Shown here in pieces: positions 49,165 to 58,699 of a stretch of DNA of 64,000 nucleotides (position 1 is the first letter of the stretch; every line of letters starts with the position of its first letter). The DNA is taken from assembly GCA_011364985.1 (NCBI GenBank), contig RDOC01000001.1:192001-256000 (forward strand). Reading direction: 5' to 3'. A program made the position numbers and the translations under genes. The DNA is from Candidatus Thorarchaeota archaeon (GTDB lineage Archaea > Asgardarchaeota > Thorarchaeia > Thorarchaeales > Thorarchaeaceae). The notes beneath the pieces were generated by a model that had not been told where the DNA came from, ran no database searches, and saw only the letters and a program-made list of their open reading frames with translations.

Positions 49165-50871
49165 ATGGATACCTCAGTGACAAATGTCTACCATGATTTT
49201 ATCTGGAGAGGCACAATGAGCGAACTTGCTGCACAGCTGTATGACCTGCCGATAGTGACCCTTGGCGGTTTCAGAGAGAGTACCCAAAAGATTCTAGCAC
49301 GATACAGCGAAACCTCGTGGCACACCGAAGAAAGACGCAAGGAAGTGATTGACGCCCTTCTAAGAATCAATCGAGGCGTGGGAGCCCTAACACCAGAGGT
49401 GGAGGATACAATTCATAGGCTGTTCAACGGAGCAATTGAAGCAGCACATCAGTCAGTTGTTATGGGCGGTCCAGGATATGTATTGAATAAAGCTGCAGTA
49501 GCGCATAGAATTGCTCTTCTGAACTCTAACCAAGAAAGCCCGCTTGGTTGTTTCTTTTGCGTAGCAGATTATGATATTGTTCAGACTGAACTCACTAACA
49601 TCAGAACTCCGAATATGGGACAAGAAGGAACTCTGATCAACATGCCAGTTTCAGGGGAATATGAACATTCTCCAGTCAGTGCCATTCCTCTTCCACGCAC
49701 AGGTTGGTACTCACAGGTTGAAGAGAACATCCGATCGAACTACCATCCAATATTCAAGGAACTTGAGGGGAGTACAAGAACGCTTATGGAAGAACGGCTT
49801 GAACAGGCTCTCTCTGTCACTCGTTGGGCATATAGGAACTCAAATACTATCGGTGAATGGGCCACAAGAATCCTTGGTCGACTATTCAACATCGAAGGCA
49901 ATTTGGGAATTCCATTGCTGCCCGCCTCAGATTCCGCAATCAGAAGCCTTCTTGTAGAGGGATTTGAGTTTCTTCTCGCAGAAGAAAACAGGACTCGATT
50001 TGTCAAATCCCATAATGAGTCAACAGACAAGATCAGATCTCACGGGATGAATCCCGGAAGTACTGAGAGAAATGACTCATATGTTCCTTTCTTCTATGAG
50101 TGTCCGAACAAGGGCTGTCACCGTGCAAGAACTGAGCTATATTATGACCAGAAAGGGAATTTGGCGACTCTATCAGGCAAGTGTCCGCAGTGTGGAGAAA
50201 GAATAGAAATAGAGATCAACGTAGACCATCCATCTCTTGCAGAACATTCTGAATGGATGTCACCTAGAGTGGACTCCAGGCAGATTGTAATCGATACCTT
50301 GCTTCCAGTAGTGACACATGTTGGTGGTGGTGGAGAGACTGCGTACTATGCTCAAGTCATCCCAGCAGCTCGAGCGCTTAGAATTCCATTTCCTGCATTC
50401 GTAAAATATCCCAGGGTCTATTTCAACACTCCGTGGAATGAAGCACTTGCTAAGCAGTTGCTGGAAAAGGAGCTCACTCCAATCCAGCGACAGGACATGT
50501 TCAAATTGACAGGCAAGATAGCAAGATTCAGAAGAAAGAACAGATTCGAGGAAATGAACAAAACCGTAGAGGAGTTTGGAAAATTCCTTCTCGAATCCCA
50601 TTCGCAGCTGAAGAAAGAGCTCGAAGAAGTCTCAGCAACGCTTCAAAAATCACCTACGGATGAACTTCGATTCACTCGTCTCGATATTGAGAGATACTTA
50701 AGCTGGGCATACGGCGAATATACTGAGGACAAGATGGGGCAGGAGGTTTCATGGTCATGGATAGAATGGTCTCTTAATTCCAGTTTCCCAGATCTCTTTG
50801 GGCCTTATGCCCGAGCCTATGTTCCCGAGATGAAGAATGGTGCAACCCTGTTTATCAACTTCATAGTCTAG
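49165..50871 (+). CDS. bshC: Bacillithiol biosynthesis cysteine-adding enzyme BshC-like
   Basis: AAHQSVVMGGPGYVLNKAA (cf. TGQQ..LFTGPLY..YK), D.D...E, SP...R...LLP...VGGGGETAYYAQ...P...PR, C-terminal coiled coil and QE. Starts 6 nt after bshA. Confidence 0.82.
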   Translation: MDTSVTNVYHDFIWRGTMSELAAQLYDLPIVTLGGFRESTQKILARYSETSWHTEERRKEVIDALLRINRGVGALTPEVEDTIHRLFNGAIEAAHQSVVMGGPGYVLNKAAVAHRIALLNSNQESPLGCFFCVADYDIVQTELTNIRTPNMGQEGTLINMPVSGEYEHSPVSAIPLPRTGWYSQVEENIRSNYHPIFKELEGSTRTLMEERLEQALSVTRWAYRNSNTIGEWATRILGRLFNIEGNLGIPLLPASDSAIRSLLVEGFEFLLAEENRTRFVKSHNESTDKIRSHGMNPGSTERNDSYVPFFYECPNKGCHRARTELYYDQKGNLATLSGKCPQCGERIEIEINVDHPSLAEHSEWMSPRVDSRQIVIDTLLPVVTHVGGGGETAYYAQVIPAARALRIPFPAFVKYPRVYFNTPWNEALAKQLLEKELTPIQRQDMFKLTGKIARFRRKNRFEEMNKTVEEFGKFLLESHSQLKKELEEVSATLQKSPTDELRFTRLDIERYLSWAYGEYTEDKMGQEVSWSWIEWSLNSSFPDLFGPYARAYVPEMKNGATLFINFIV

Positions 50872-50878
50872 AAGTGAC

Positions 50879-52144
50879 TCATAGGTTCTCTGACAGAAGT
50901 TTCCCAAGGCGCTCAATGCCTTCCGTGATGAGGTCCGGAGGGACGTAGGAGAAACCTAGACGCATGGTGTTCACTTCTGGTCTACTGGGTTCCAGTCCGT
51001 TTCCATCCTCGTGCAACGAATAGCCACTGATTGGGTAAAAGGCAACTCCTGGAACGTAGATGATGTCATTAGGAATACCAACCTTCTCCATGAAGACACT
51101 ACTATCAAACTCCTTTTCACTCTGCCACCAAACGAAGAATCCTCCAGTTGGATCAGTTCTTGTGCCAGCTGGAAACGAATCATCAATCGCCTTTGCCATG
51201 GCTTCGTATCTCGTCTTATACTGGGGAATGCCCTTTCTCATTGCATCATCGATATGATGCTCATAGTACTCATTGAGGATACGCTGGACAAGACTTGCAG
51301 TGCATAGGTCAAGGTAGCCCTTGTCCTTGAGAACCTCGTTTCTCACGTTGGTTGGAAGTACAGAATAGCCTACTCGTAATACAGCAGCTTCCTTACTGCT
51401 AGTACCCAAATAGGCCACACGCGCGTTGTCTTTGTCAAGAGACTTGATTGGCTTCGGATTCTTCTTGAACTGAATTTCAGCATATGCCGCGTCCTCAAGC
51501 AGCAGTATGTTGTGATTCTCGCATATGTCGTAGAGAGCTTGCCTTCGCTTCATGGGTACAGTGGTTCCCTTTGGGTTGTCACTGTCAGGAACTACATAGA
51601 GAAGGTCAGGAGTCTTTCCAAACTCCCGCTTTGAAATAAGAACTGCCTTCTCTGCATATTCAGGGATAATTCCATCCAAATCTGTTGGAATGGTGATTAC
51701 TCTCGCGCCAAGCTTGACAGCGGGACCAAGGAATCCAAGATATGCAGGTGAGGGAGTTATTATCACATCTCCAGGATCAATCAGTGTATCAAGAAGGGCG
51801 TATAGCGCCTGTTGAGACCCATTTGTTACTGATACGGATTCGTATTCTGTTTCATAATCGATAGGAATACCACGTATCTCACAAAGACGCTTAGCAAGTG
51901 TCTTTAGGAAATATGGCTGCCCACCAGTAGGACCATAGTTTAGATCTTCCAAAGCAAGTTTGGGATCCTTCTGATATTTCTCACCAAGGTCAATCATTAT
52001 TCTGGCGAAGGTATCAGTGGGAACAATACCAGGTTTGCCACCAGCAAAATAGAAATCCACCTTGTATTTCAGGAGTGCACGAATCTGTGACTCAGCTATA
52101 AACGACGTCCAAGTCGCAAAACTATAACCTGACTCATTTGCCAT
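50879..52144 (-). CDS. PLP-dependent class I/II aminotransferase (LysN/aromatic type)
   Basis: FAGGKP, NYGPTGG, TNGSQQAL, NPKG, EDAAY, GTSSK...LRVGY, GGFFVW, MRLGFS. Confidence 0.92.
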   Translation of the reverse strand: MANESGYSFATWTSFIAESQIRALLKYKVDFYFAGGKPGIVPTDTFARIMIDLGEKYQKDPKLALEDLNYGPTGGQPYFLKTLAKRLCEIRGIPIDYETEYESVSVTNGSQQALYALLDTLIDPGDVIITPSPAYLGFLGPAVKLGARVITIPTDLDGIIPEYAEKAVLISKREFGKTPDLLYVVPDSDNPKGTTVPMKRRQALYDICENHNILLLEDAAYAEIQFKKNPKPIKSLDKDNARVAYLGTSSKEAAVLRVGYSVLPTNVRNEVLKDKGYLDLCTASLVQRILNEYYEHHIDDAMRKGIPQYKTRYEAMAKAIDDSFPAGTRTDPTGGFFVWWQSEKEFDSSVFMEKVGIPNDIIYVPGVAFYPISGYSLHEDGNGLEPSRPEVNTMRLGFSYVPPDLITEGIERLGKLLSENL

Positions 52145-52347
52145 TGAAACCGCTCCCCGAGTCTATAGGGTGGATGACCACCCGGACCAAACGAACTCAG
52201 GATGTACATATCTGAGCATGAACAGAAATGTACGTTCGTTGTGGAGGATGTTAGGATTTCCCTTTATCCTTTACTGACTTCAAATAGGATTTGACGCCCT
52301 TAGTTGCGCCCCAGTGTACATATGTGTGCGTTAATCAATGGGCAGGT

Positions 52348-53148
52348 CTACTTGCTCTCGGCCGCAAATCTGGCTGCTACAGAAGAGGGATCTTCAGCCT
52401 CCACTATGGACCTCACTACAACTATGTAGGTAGCACCTGCATCCCTTGCATCCTTGGCACCACCACCCTGAATCCCAACACCCGGACTGATTATGGGGAC
52501 CTTCTCACCAAGGATGGACTTGATTTCACGGATTTTATCGGGATAAGTAGCCCCGACTATCACTCCATCTGAGCCCCAGCGCAATGCCCTTTCGGCAAAG
52601 ACTTTGTATAGGAACTTACGAGTCTTATTATCGACGAATACCTCCAAACCATATCCTTCATTGGCAGCAGGATGTGACATGTAGCAGAGGGTTATCACCC
52701 CACGGTCGCGATGCCGCGCCATTTCATAGACGTTGTCGAGTCCACCTTCCCAGCCCACCAAGGGATTTGCGATGATGGCATCAAAACCTGCATCAAAGTA
52801 GTACTTCGCTATGTGGAAATTCGTGTTGCCAATGTCATTCATCTTGCAGTCCATGATTGCCGTCAATCCAAAATCATGAATTGTATCAATGATCCGAGAC
52901 ACTCCATCAAAGAGACCAAGAGGAAGAACAATCTGACGATTGAACTTGAATGCAATGGCATATTCTGCAGTTTGGGATACGATTTGGATAGCGCGTTTTT
53001 CCAGTTTCTCCTGTTCCTGCTCACGGGCATGTCGGTCCAGGCCAACAAGGTTGGTGGTCAAGTCTATTCCTATAATAAGCCTGCTTTTACGTACAAACGA
53101 TGCAGCCGCGAGTTTTCGAGCGTATGCTTGTTCACCCATGAACTCCAA
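52348..53148 (-). CDS. pyrF: Orotidine-5'-phosphate decarboxylase
   Basis: DCKMNDIGNT (DxKxxDIxxT), VGATYP, SPGVGIQGG, VVRSI. Confidence 0.95.
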   Translation of the reverse strand: MEFMGEQAYARKLAAASFVRKSRLIIGIDLTTNLVGLDRHAREQEQEKLEKRAIQIVSQTAEYAIAFKFNRQIVLPLGLFDGVSRIIDTIHDFGLTAIMDCKMNDIGNTNFHIAKYYFDAGFDAIIANPLVGWEGGLDNVYEMARHRDRGVITLCYMSHPAANEGYGLEVFVDNKTRKFLYKVFAERALRWGSDGVIVGATYPDKIREIKSILGEKVPIISPGVGIQGGGAKDARDAGATYIVVVRSIVEAEDPSSVAARFAAESK

Positions 53149-53219
53149 CTCCTAGTGGTATGGTTAGCTCATGCACACTTATATGAAATACGGGTTCAAA
53201 AATCAACGGAGAAGCAGAC

Positions 53220-54263
53220 TTGAGCCCCGATTGGATGATGTCTAGAATTGCGGTTGTAACGATTGCCGTACTCGGCCCTGTCTACTTTGTCCTATTAGTG
53301 GCACTTATGCCCTTTCAGCTGACACCTTTTGATGATGTTCTATTCAACCGAATCTTCCATTATGTAGTGGTTCCAGTAGTATTTTCGGCGCCTTGGCTTG
53401 GGATAATCTACAACAATCGATATCGACTGGCAAATACGTTTCATCTCATGAATGAAACTACAGACGCAGTTCCTCTCAGATGGCGTGTCTTCTACGGAAC
53501 CAATGCTGCATTTGTTGTGGTCTTCTTCGTTTTGCCACTGGTCACTGCACCATTAGCCATCGTAGGAGGTCTAGTCATAGCTGGACACGTATTTTACAGA
53601 ATTGGCGTTGGGAAGCTTGGAGGCGGAAAGCCTGCAGCGTTTTTGGGTGCGCTGGTAGCTATTGCGCTTTGCATTCTGCCTATAATCGTTATGATAGAGT
53701 TCATTCCGAACTATCTTCAGGTTTGGGAGACCATTCTTAGTGCATGGAGCACACTGTGGGTTGACATAGTCTATGCAGTATCTCAATGTCTAGTCAATGC
53801 ATTGAACTTCGGGGCGCCAATCTACTTCATCTATTTCGCGGCTGGCGAATACGACAGAGGGCTATATGGGCGACTGTATACTAGGACGCCCTCTGGCTGG
53901 ATCAGATTCGGTGAGGCTGTAATATTCGCAGTGTTTCTATACTTGTATCTCCCTGTTGTGGTTACCCCATTCGGGTTCAGTTTATTCCTTGGGCTAGACC
54001 AGATCTTCACGCAATACATAAACTGGATCTCATTGGGAATAATGGGGATCATGATATTGGTGAAGTTTGGTCTCGGAGTGAGTGACAATAGCACCCTTGG
54101 TGGACCCTCGAACATCCTAATAGTCGGTGCCTTCCTCATTGTTGAGATAGTCAATAAAACGAATCTGGTTCTAAAAACGATTATAATATGGCTTGCCTTC
54201 CTAATATTCTCTGGAGTCAGCCTTGTGAACTATGTAAGGGCGTCCCCTCGGGAGATGTACTGA
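53220..54263 (+). CDS. Multi-pass membrane protein
   Basis: About 9-10 hydrophobic helices. No family recognised. Confidence 0.8.
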   Translation: MSPDWMMSRIAVVTIAVLGPVYFVLLVALMPFQLTPFDDVLFNRIFHYVVVPVVFSAPWLGIIYNNRYRLANTFHLMNETTDAVPLRWRVFYGTNAAFVVVFFVLPLVTAPLAIVGGLVIAGHVFYRIGVGKLGGGKPAAFLGALVAIALCILPIIVMIEFIPNYLQVWETILSAWSTLWVDIVYAVSQCLVNALNFGAPIYFIYFAAGEYDRGLYGRLYTRTPSGWIRFGEAVIFAVFLYLYLPVVVTPFGFSLFLGLDQIFTQYINWISLGIMGIMILVKFGLGVSDNSTLGGPSNILIVGAFLIVEIVNKTNLVLKTIIIWLAFLIFSGVSLVNYVRASPREMY

Positions 54264-54701
54264 TTGTATAGGAATCCAACGCCCACGGTAGACGTGGTGG
54301 TATGGAACGGAAGCAGTGTGGTTCTCATTCAACGGGGACACGAACCCTTCGAAGGAAAATGGGCACTTCCTGGTGGATTTGTAGACTTCGGTGAATCAGT
54401 AGAAGCCGCTGCATTGCGAGAGGTGAAAGAAGAAACGGGTTTGACTGCTTCACTTCTGGCTATTCTTGGGGTATATAGTGCTGTGGATAGAGACCCGAGA
54501 ACCCATACAATGAGCACCGTTTTCATTGCGGAGAGCGAGGCAGAAGCTCCAACAGGCGGAGATGATGCCGCAGCAGCTAGATGGGTTAGACTGGACCATG
54601 TTGTCACGAAAGATCTTGCTTTCGACCATGGGCTCATACTCGACGATTTCAAGAGATGGCTGAAGAAAGACGCTACGTTCTGGTCAACAAGAGACCGCTA
54701 A
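54264..54701 (+). CDS. NUDIX hydrolase (ADP-ribose pyrophosphatase-like)
   Basis: WALPGGFVDFGESVEAAALREVKEETG, RDPR, GDDA, LAFDH. Confidence 0.95.
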   Translation: MYRNPTPTVDVVVWNGSSVVLIQRGHEPFEGKWALPGGFVDFGESVEAAALREVKEETGLTASLLAILGVYSAVDRDPRTHTMSTVFIAESEAEAPTGGDDAAAARWVRLDHVVTKDLAFDHGLILDDFKRWLKKDATFWSTRDR

Positions 54702-55057
54702 ATATCCAGAATCTCGATCTTATCAGCGAGCCTGATAATGGCCAAGTAGAATTTCAGCGGTTCTGATTGAGGTACGTTCACAAATTCAATTTCTTCCTTC
54801 TCCCTACTGGAATAGGATAGGAAGTTACCTGCAGGAGCCTCATCAGTAACAGTATAGATCCATAGTGGCAATCCGTATAATTCGTAGTAACCATGGTGTG
54901 AAATCATCGTTCCGAAGACATGCTTACCCTCGTGCTCAAAGTAGAGCATGCTTGGCATCCTATCTCGTTGGGCTGATGATCCCAATAGCATTCGAGCAAG
55001 ATCAGTCAGCGATTCCAGTTTCAGATTAACAGGGGATCTAACATCATCCTTGCTCAT
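54698..55057 (-). CDS. Conserved archaeal hypothetical protein
   Basis: SL.DLAR...YY..YGLP..Y pattern resembling small archaeal proteins. Co-oriented downstream of the HerA-like ATPase. Confidence 0.7.
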   Translation of the reverse strand: MSKDDVRSPVNLKLESLTDLARMLLGSSAQRDRMPSMLYFEHEGKHVFGTMISHHGYYELYGLPLWIYTVTDEAPAGNFLSYSSREKEEIEFVNVPQSEPLKFYLAIIRLADKIEILDI

Positions 55058-55085
55058 TTTGCACACCTACACGACGGCGTCAGTA

Positions 55086-57329
55086 TCACCTTATAAGGCT
55101 AGGCTTAGGTCTCTCTAACTCGCACAAGTCTGTAACGGAGGCCATTAAGGGAGCTGCCTCTTTCTTGCTCTCGCTAGTCACAACTACCGAAACGCAGGCT
55201 AGCATTCCACTGACACCGATCGACAGCCCAGCACGAGTACCATCTTTTCTTAGAAGCACATAAGAGAAGCCGCCCTCACTCTTTACGGAATCCAGTGTCA
55301 TGCCAGAACTCACTAGACTCTGAATGACTAATTCGACAAGCTGCTTGGGATCCATATCGATCCTAGATATCGCGATAGAATCTCTGAATTTGTTATCTGC
55401 TGCGAAGAGAAATTCGTGAGGCGTTTCCGAATAGAGAATCTTTCGCGTGAGTGCCTTCTCAAGCAATGTTCTTGATAGAACTCCAAATTCCCTGATGCAC
55501 ACCTCCATTCCCTCTATGGTGACAGGCTCGTATGATGCAGTTACTCCGCTCTCTGCCCGTGGTAACTCCCATTTCAAATTAGAGGAAGAGGCTTCTGCTC
55601 GAGGAGCAGATTCATCGGTTATTGTGATATCCTGCATTCTAGCATCGAAGTACTTCTCTATGTACTCGTGCATCCAGTTGTCAAGCAGTGCCCAATCTTC
55701 TTTGCTTAGTTTCAGTGGAGGACGCGGTATTACTGGTAGCTCCACAGTTTCCTCTTTTTCCAGCTGCGAAGGTTCTAATTCAATTTCCAGCTCATCTTCA
55801 CCAAGTTCCAAGTCGGCGGATCCCTCATCTCCAATTGACTCACTAGGGATCATCAACCGAACAGCCTCGAAAAGGGATGATAGTCGGTCAGTTCCGCCGT
55901 GCTGTGAAATTCGTGGGCGAATCTGAGTGATGAATCCACGTTTGTTCTCGGTGGTTTGATCAAAGACAATTGCAACGCCGCGGGGCAGACTACTGATGAA
56001 TACCTTGTCCCTAAACTTAAGAGGCATGACTGCTGGAGCCCTCTGCTGAAGCGCTCGAATATCAGCCTCATGTGAGAGAGAATGTGACAGAATAATGTCA
56101 GCCTGAGAGATGGCTTCATCTGCAACAGCTGATGGTTGCTGAGTACAGAGAACCAAGCTACATCCGAATCTTCTGCCCAGCTTTGCATAGCCAACTATGG
56201 CATCCTTTGCAGGAGTATTACCAGACTTCGGAACAAGAGTGTGTGCTTCGTCGATGATGAGCCAAGTTGGAGGTAGCTCCTCTCTGGCACTAGTTCCCTC
56301 ATCCGTCCAGGCCATTCTGTAGGTAAGAACCTGTCTACAAAGCATATTCGTCAGGATTGCAAGGACTGTGTCAGCCTCTGATCCAAGGGGGGCAACATCG
56401 ATTATCGTGATTCGCCCCGCGACTGCTAGGTCTTGGGCACTTGTTCCGCTTGGATGAAAGACACCTAGTCGGTCTGCGCGCTTCAGGCGTTGAATCATAG
56501 CTGTTCGTGTAGCGGGTTGATAGAGGTCAAGAATTGTGGGATTGGTTTCTATGCAGGCGATCATATCCTTGATGCTAAAATCGCGTTTAAGAGAAACCTT
56601 GCTGCCGCTTTCTGTGACATATCCTCTGCGAAGACTATCAAGAACCTCTCCAATCAAATTGTCCATGGCGGTGCTTAATGTCCCGCCTCGTTCCAACACA
56701 TAACCCCAATCTGCTGCGGTCAGCTCTCTGGGAGAAATGGCAAGGGGAAACAGCCGAGCGCGCTGTTTCACTTCATCAGGAAGACCTATGTAGGTTCGGC
56801 GTGGAATATAGACTGAAACAGGAAAACCTCTTGCTTCTAGATTCCACTTTCTCAGAAGACTGTCCTGATCCTCATTTGGTTCAACACACTGACGAAAAAC
56901 GTCAACAGTATCAATCACAACGGCAGCAACCTCGATTTCTCGCCGCTCCATAGCTCGGGCGAGCTCTTCAGCGATTATTCCCAGCGTATAGCTTTTGCCG
57001 GAACCTCTTTTTCCAGCCACAAATAGTACATGGGGACTAATCAAATCGAGTTGGACAGGCATTCCTAACAGTGATTCAAGAATATCATCTGCTGATTCTG
57101 CTATTGCTCCAATCAATCCTAGTCCCGCATGATGGTATTTCGCATGGAACCCCTCAGACCGTCCAATCACAACCCCAGAGCCGGGATCAACCAGAAGGTC
57201 GAGAGGATCTCCAACTCGGGGGTAGAATGCTAGTGCAGATTTGGGAATAAGGCTCACGGGCTGGTCAGACAGGACTAGTTCGTCTTCAGCCGGCGGCATT
57301 GGATCTTCTGAGTGGTGGTCTTCGTCCAA
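55086..57329 (-). CDS. HerA/FtsK/VirB4-superfamily ATPase (DUF87) with acidic linker and extra C-terminal domain
   Basis: Walker A GKRGSGKS, Walker B LIIDEAH, GRRFGCSLVLCTQQP. Confidence 0.9.
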   Translation of the reverse strand: MDEDHHSEDPMPPAEDELVLSDQPVSLIPKSALAFYPRVGDPLDLLVDPGSGVVIGRSEGFHAKYHHAGLGLIGAIAESADDILESLLGMPVQLDLISPHVLFVAGKRGSGKSYTLGIIAEELARAMERREIEVAAVVIDTVDVFRQCVEPNEDQDSLLRKWNLEARGFPVSVYIPRRTYIGLPDEVKQRARLFPLAISPRELTAADWGYVLERGGTLSTAMDNLIGEVLDSLRRGYVTESGSKVSLKRDFSIKDMIACIETNPTILDLYQPATRTAMIQRLKRADRLGVFHPSGTSAQDLAVAGRITIIDVAPLGSEADTVLAILTNMLCRQVLTYRMAWTDEGTSAREELPPTWLIIDEAHTLVPKSGNTPAKDAIVGYAKLGRRFGCSLVLCTQQPSAVADEAISQADIILSHSLSHEADIRALQQRAPAVMPLKFRDKVFISSLPRGVAIVFDQTTENKRGFITQIRPRISQHGGTDRLSSLFEAVRLMIPSESIGDEGSADLELGEDELEIELEPSQLEKEETVELPVIPRPPLKLSKEDWALLDNWMHEYIEKYFDARMQDITITDESAPRAEASSSNLKWELPRAESGVTASYEPVTIEGMEVCIREFGVLSRTLLEKALTRKILYSETPHEFLFAADNKFRDSIAISRIDMDPKQLVELVIQSLVSSGMTLDSVKSEGGFSYVLLRKDGTRAGLSIGVSGMLACVSVVVTSESKKEAAPLMASVTDLCELERPKPSLIR

Positions 57330-57444
57330 AGAGCTCCCTCAAATGCAGCTAAACAGGAAGCCGGATAAAGCTTTGTTCTTTGGCGCGTGAAGAAGAAGGA
57401 CTTGGGACACAAGACTAAAATCGAGTTTCGAGCTGAACAGAAGC

Positions 57445-58224
57445 ATGAAAGACCAGATTCGAGATGGAGATTTCGTATACATCCACCTTGACAGTAAAAG
57501 GAACTGGATACGCAGAGTGGAAAAAGGAGAGGAGTTTCACTCCAATAAGGGAATAATCAAGTTCGACGACATCATTGGAAAGCCCTTTGGAATCAGGGTG
57601 GAAAGTCATTCTGGAACGGTCTTTCAGATTCATCGTCCAAGTCAAACGGACATTCAGATATCAATGGGGAGAAACACTCAGATAGTGTATCCAAAAGATG
57701 CAGGCACCATACTGATCGAAACGGGGGTTGTAGCTGGCTCAAGAATTGTTGAATCCGGAACAGGATCAGGAGCACTGACAAGCATATTGGCGAGAGCCGT
57801 GGGTCCGTCGGGGCATGTGTATACCTATGAGATTCGAGAGGATATGTATAGAGGGGCAAAGAAGAATCTAGACCGGTATGGATTACTGGAAAATGTCACC
57901 ATGCATAACAGAGACATCTTGGAGGGAATAGAAGAAGAGAATCTGGACGCTATCATTTTTGATTTAGCTACGCCTTGGAACTTGGTCAACGAAGCGCATA
58001 GAGTACTTAGACCGAGTTGTATTCTAGCAAGCTACAGTCCGACAATAGAACAATCAATGAAAGTATGCAAGGCACTTGGCGAAGGAGGAAAGTGGGGCAT
58101 GATTAAGACTCTTGAAGTCCTTCAGAGGGAGATCATGGTCAGAGAGGAAAGAACCAGACCAACAACATGGATGGTTGCTCATACAGGATACATGACCTTT
58201 GCCAGGTCAATCTCCAGTACCTAA
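57445..58224 (+). CDS. trmI: tRNA (adenine-57/58-N1)-methyltransferase
   Basis: RNTQIVYPKDAG, ESGTGSGALT, YEIR, DLATPW, YSPTIEQ, RP....AHTGY. Confidence 0.95.
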   Translation: MKDQIRDGDFVYIHLDSKRNWIRRVEKGEEFHSNKGIIKFDDIIGKPFGIRVESHSGTVFQIHRPSQTDIQISMGRNTQIVYPKDAGTILIETGVVAGSRIVESGTGSGALTSILARAVGPSGHVYTYEIREDMYRGAKKNLDRYGLLENVTMHNRDILEGIEEENLDAIIFDLATPWNLVNEAHRVLRPSCILASYSPTIEQSMKVCKALGEGGKWGMIKTLEVLQREIMVREERTRPTTWMVAHTGYMTFARSISST

Positions 58225-58319
58225 GGAAGTCCCCCGACTAAAACTTTATATCCATTCATACAGTCTGTTGACTGTCGATTGTTTTTGTCGATTATTGACG
58301 GAATGTGTCGGTCATCGCC

Positions 58320-58688
58320 ATGTCTTATCGTCATAAGAGAACTTCCTTTGCAAAGAGTCCAAGAGACCTACTAGGTAACATAATGAGGCTGGGGCTAATC
58401 TCCTACGAGCTGTCAGATGTCACAGCAAGACAAGACGCCGATTCAGGAAAGAGCAAAACAGGAGAGAAGAGGATAAACGCGCTTCCAGAAAATGCTGAGG
58501 ATCTCCCTGCAGACATTGAAGCAGAAATAGTCCTTCCCCCAATGAATGAGATTGAAAATGATCTTTGTGACCATTATGTTCTGGCTCGTGAAGTAAAATT
58601 CGAGGTTGAAGAGGTTAAGGAGGTCTTCGAGAAGAAGAAGAAAAGACGAAACTACATTGAGTTCAGAAACGCTTACGAGAAGGGGTAG
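58320..58688 (+). CDS. Hypothetical protein
   Basis: Charged 122-aa ORF ending 11 nt before the next gene. Confidence 0.6.
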   Translation: MSYRHKRTSFAKSPRDLLGNIMRLGLISYELSDVTARQDADSGKSKTGEKRINALPENAEDLPADIEAEIVLPPMNEIENDLCDHYVLAREVKFEVEEVKEVFEKKKKRRNYIEFRNAYEKG

Positions 58689-58699
58689 GTGAACAGAGG

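Noticed and set aside
55086-57329. HerA-based antiphage system or conjugative VirB4
   Set aside because: No adjacent nuclease, sirtuin, NurA or conjugation membrane genes. The neighbours are housekeeping genes.
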